Of a DNA stretch of 44,375 nucleotides, positions 44,284-44,375 are shown piece after piece; the first letter of the stretch is position 1, and each line of letters opens with the position of its first letter. The translations under genes were made by a program, and so were the position numbers. A model generated the notes under the pieces. It ran no database searches and had not been told where the DNA came from. It was given only the letters and a program-made list of their open reading frames with translations. This stretch comes from Candidatus Hadarchaeota archaeon (GTDB lineage Archaea; Hadarchaeota; Hadarchaeia; Hadarchaeales; Hadarchaeaceae): positions 1 through 44,375 of the forward strand of contig JBFMBF010000007.1 in assembly GCA_040755315.1 (NCBI GenBank), in the 5' to 3' direction.

Positions 44284-44375
44284 GAATCATCATCTCCCGT
44301 TTGAATTGTCGTGCCCTGCCGAATAAAACTTGTGCGGCCGACGCCACACAAACAATTTTCTGCCCTGTGGAAGAT

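Overview
Gene-dense archaeal chromosomal segment. Archaeal markers: intron-containing tRNA-Pro, Orc1/Cdc6, NrpR, archaemetzincin, Hef-like helicase, BRE/TATA promoters and GGTG(A) ribosome-binding sites. The lineage cannot be fixed from sequence alone. In order: an ArsR/DsrE module; a minus-strand tauE-aprA-aprB-sat-sirC-hemB-hemC-cobA/hemD-(TolB-like)-hemL sulfate-activation and siroheme-precursor operon; homospermidine synthase plus ornithine decarboxylase; iorAB/acdA; three tandem small membrane proteins; PadR; cysK; a split glutamate synthase operon, nrpR and a second, frameshifted glutamate synthase; tRNA-Pro(CGG); cdc6 and housekeeping genes. The most notable signal is absent from the ORF track: a 13-aa leader ORF, MRDVVCCCRCCRC, with its own promoter, RBS and alternative hairpins directly upstream of the sulfate operon. 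It is a candidate cysteine-sensing, ribosome-dependent attenuator in an archaeon. A second unannotated 48-aa ORF ending in CCCC lies divergent from a Cys-rich PadR, with two operator-like repeats between them. No mobile element or CRISPR array was seen. Product names come from recognising motifs by eye, not from database searches.
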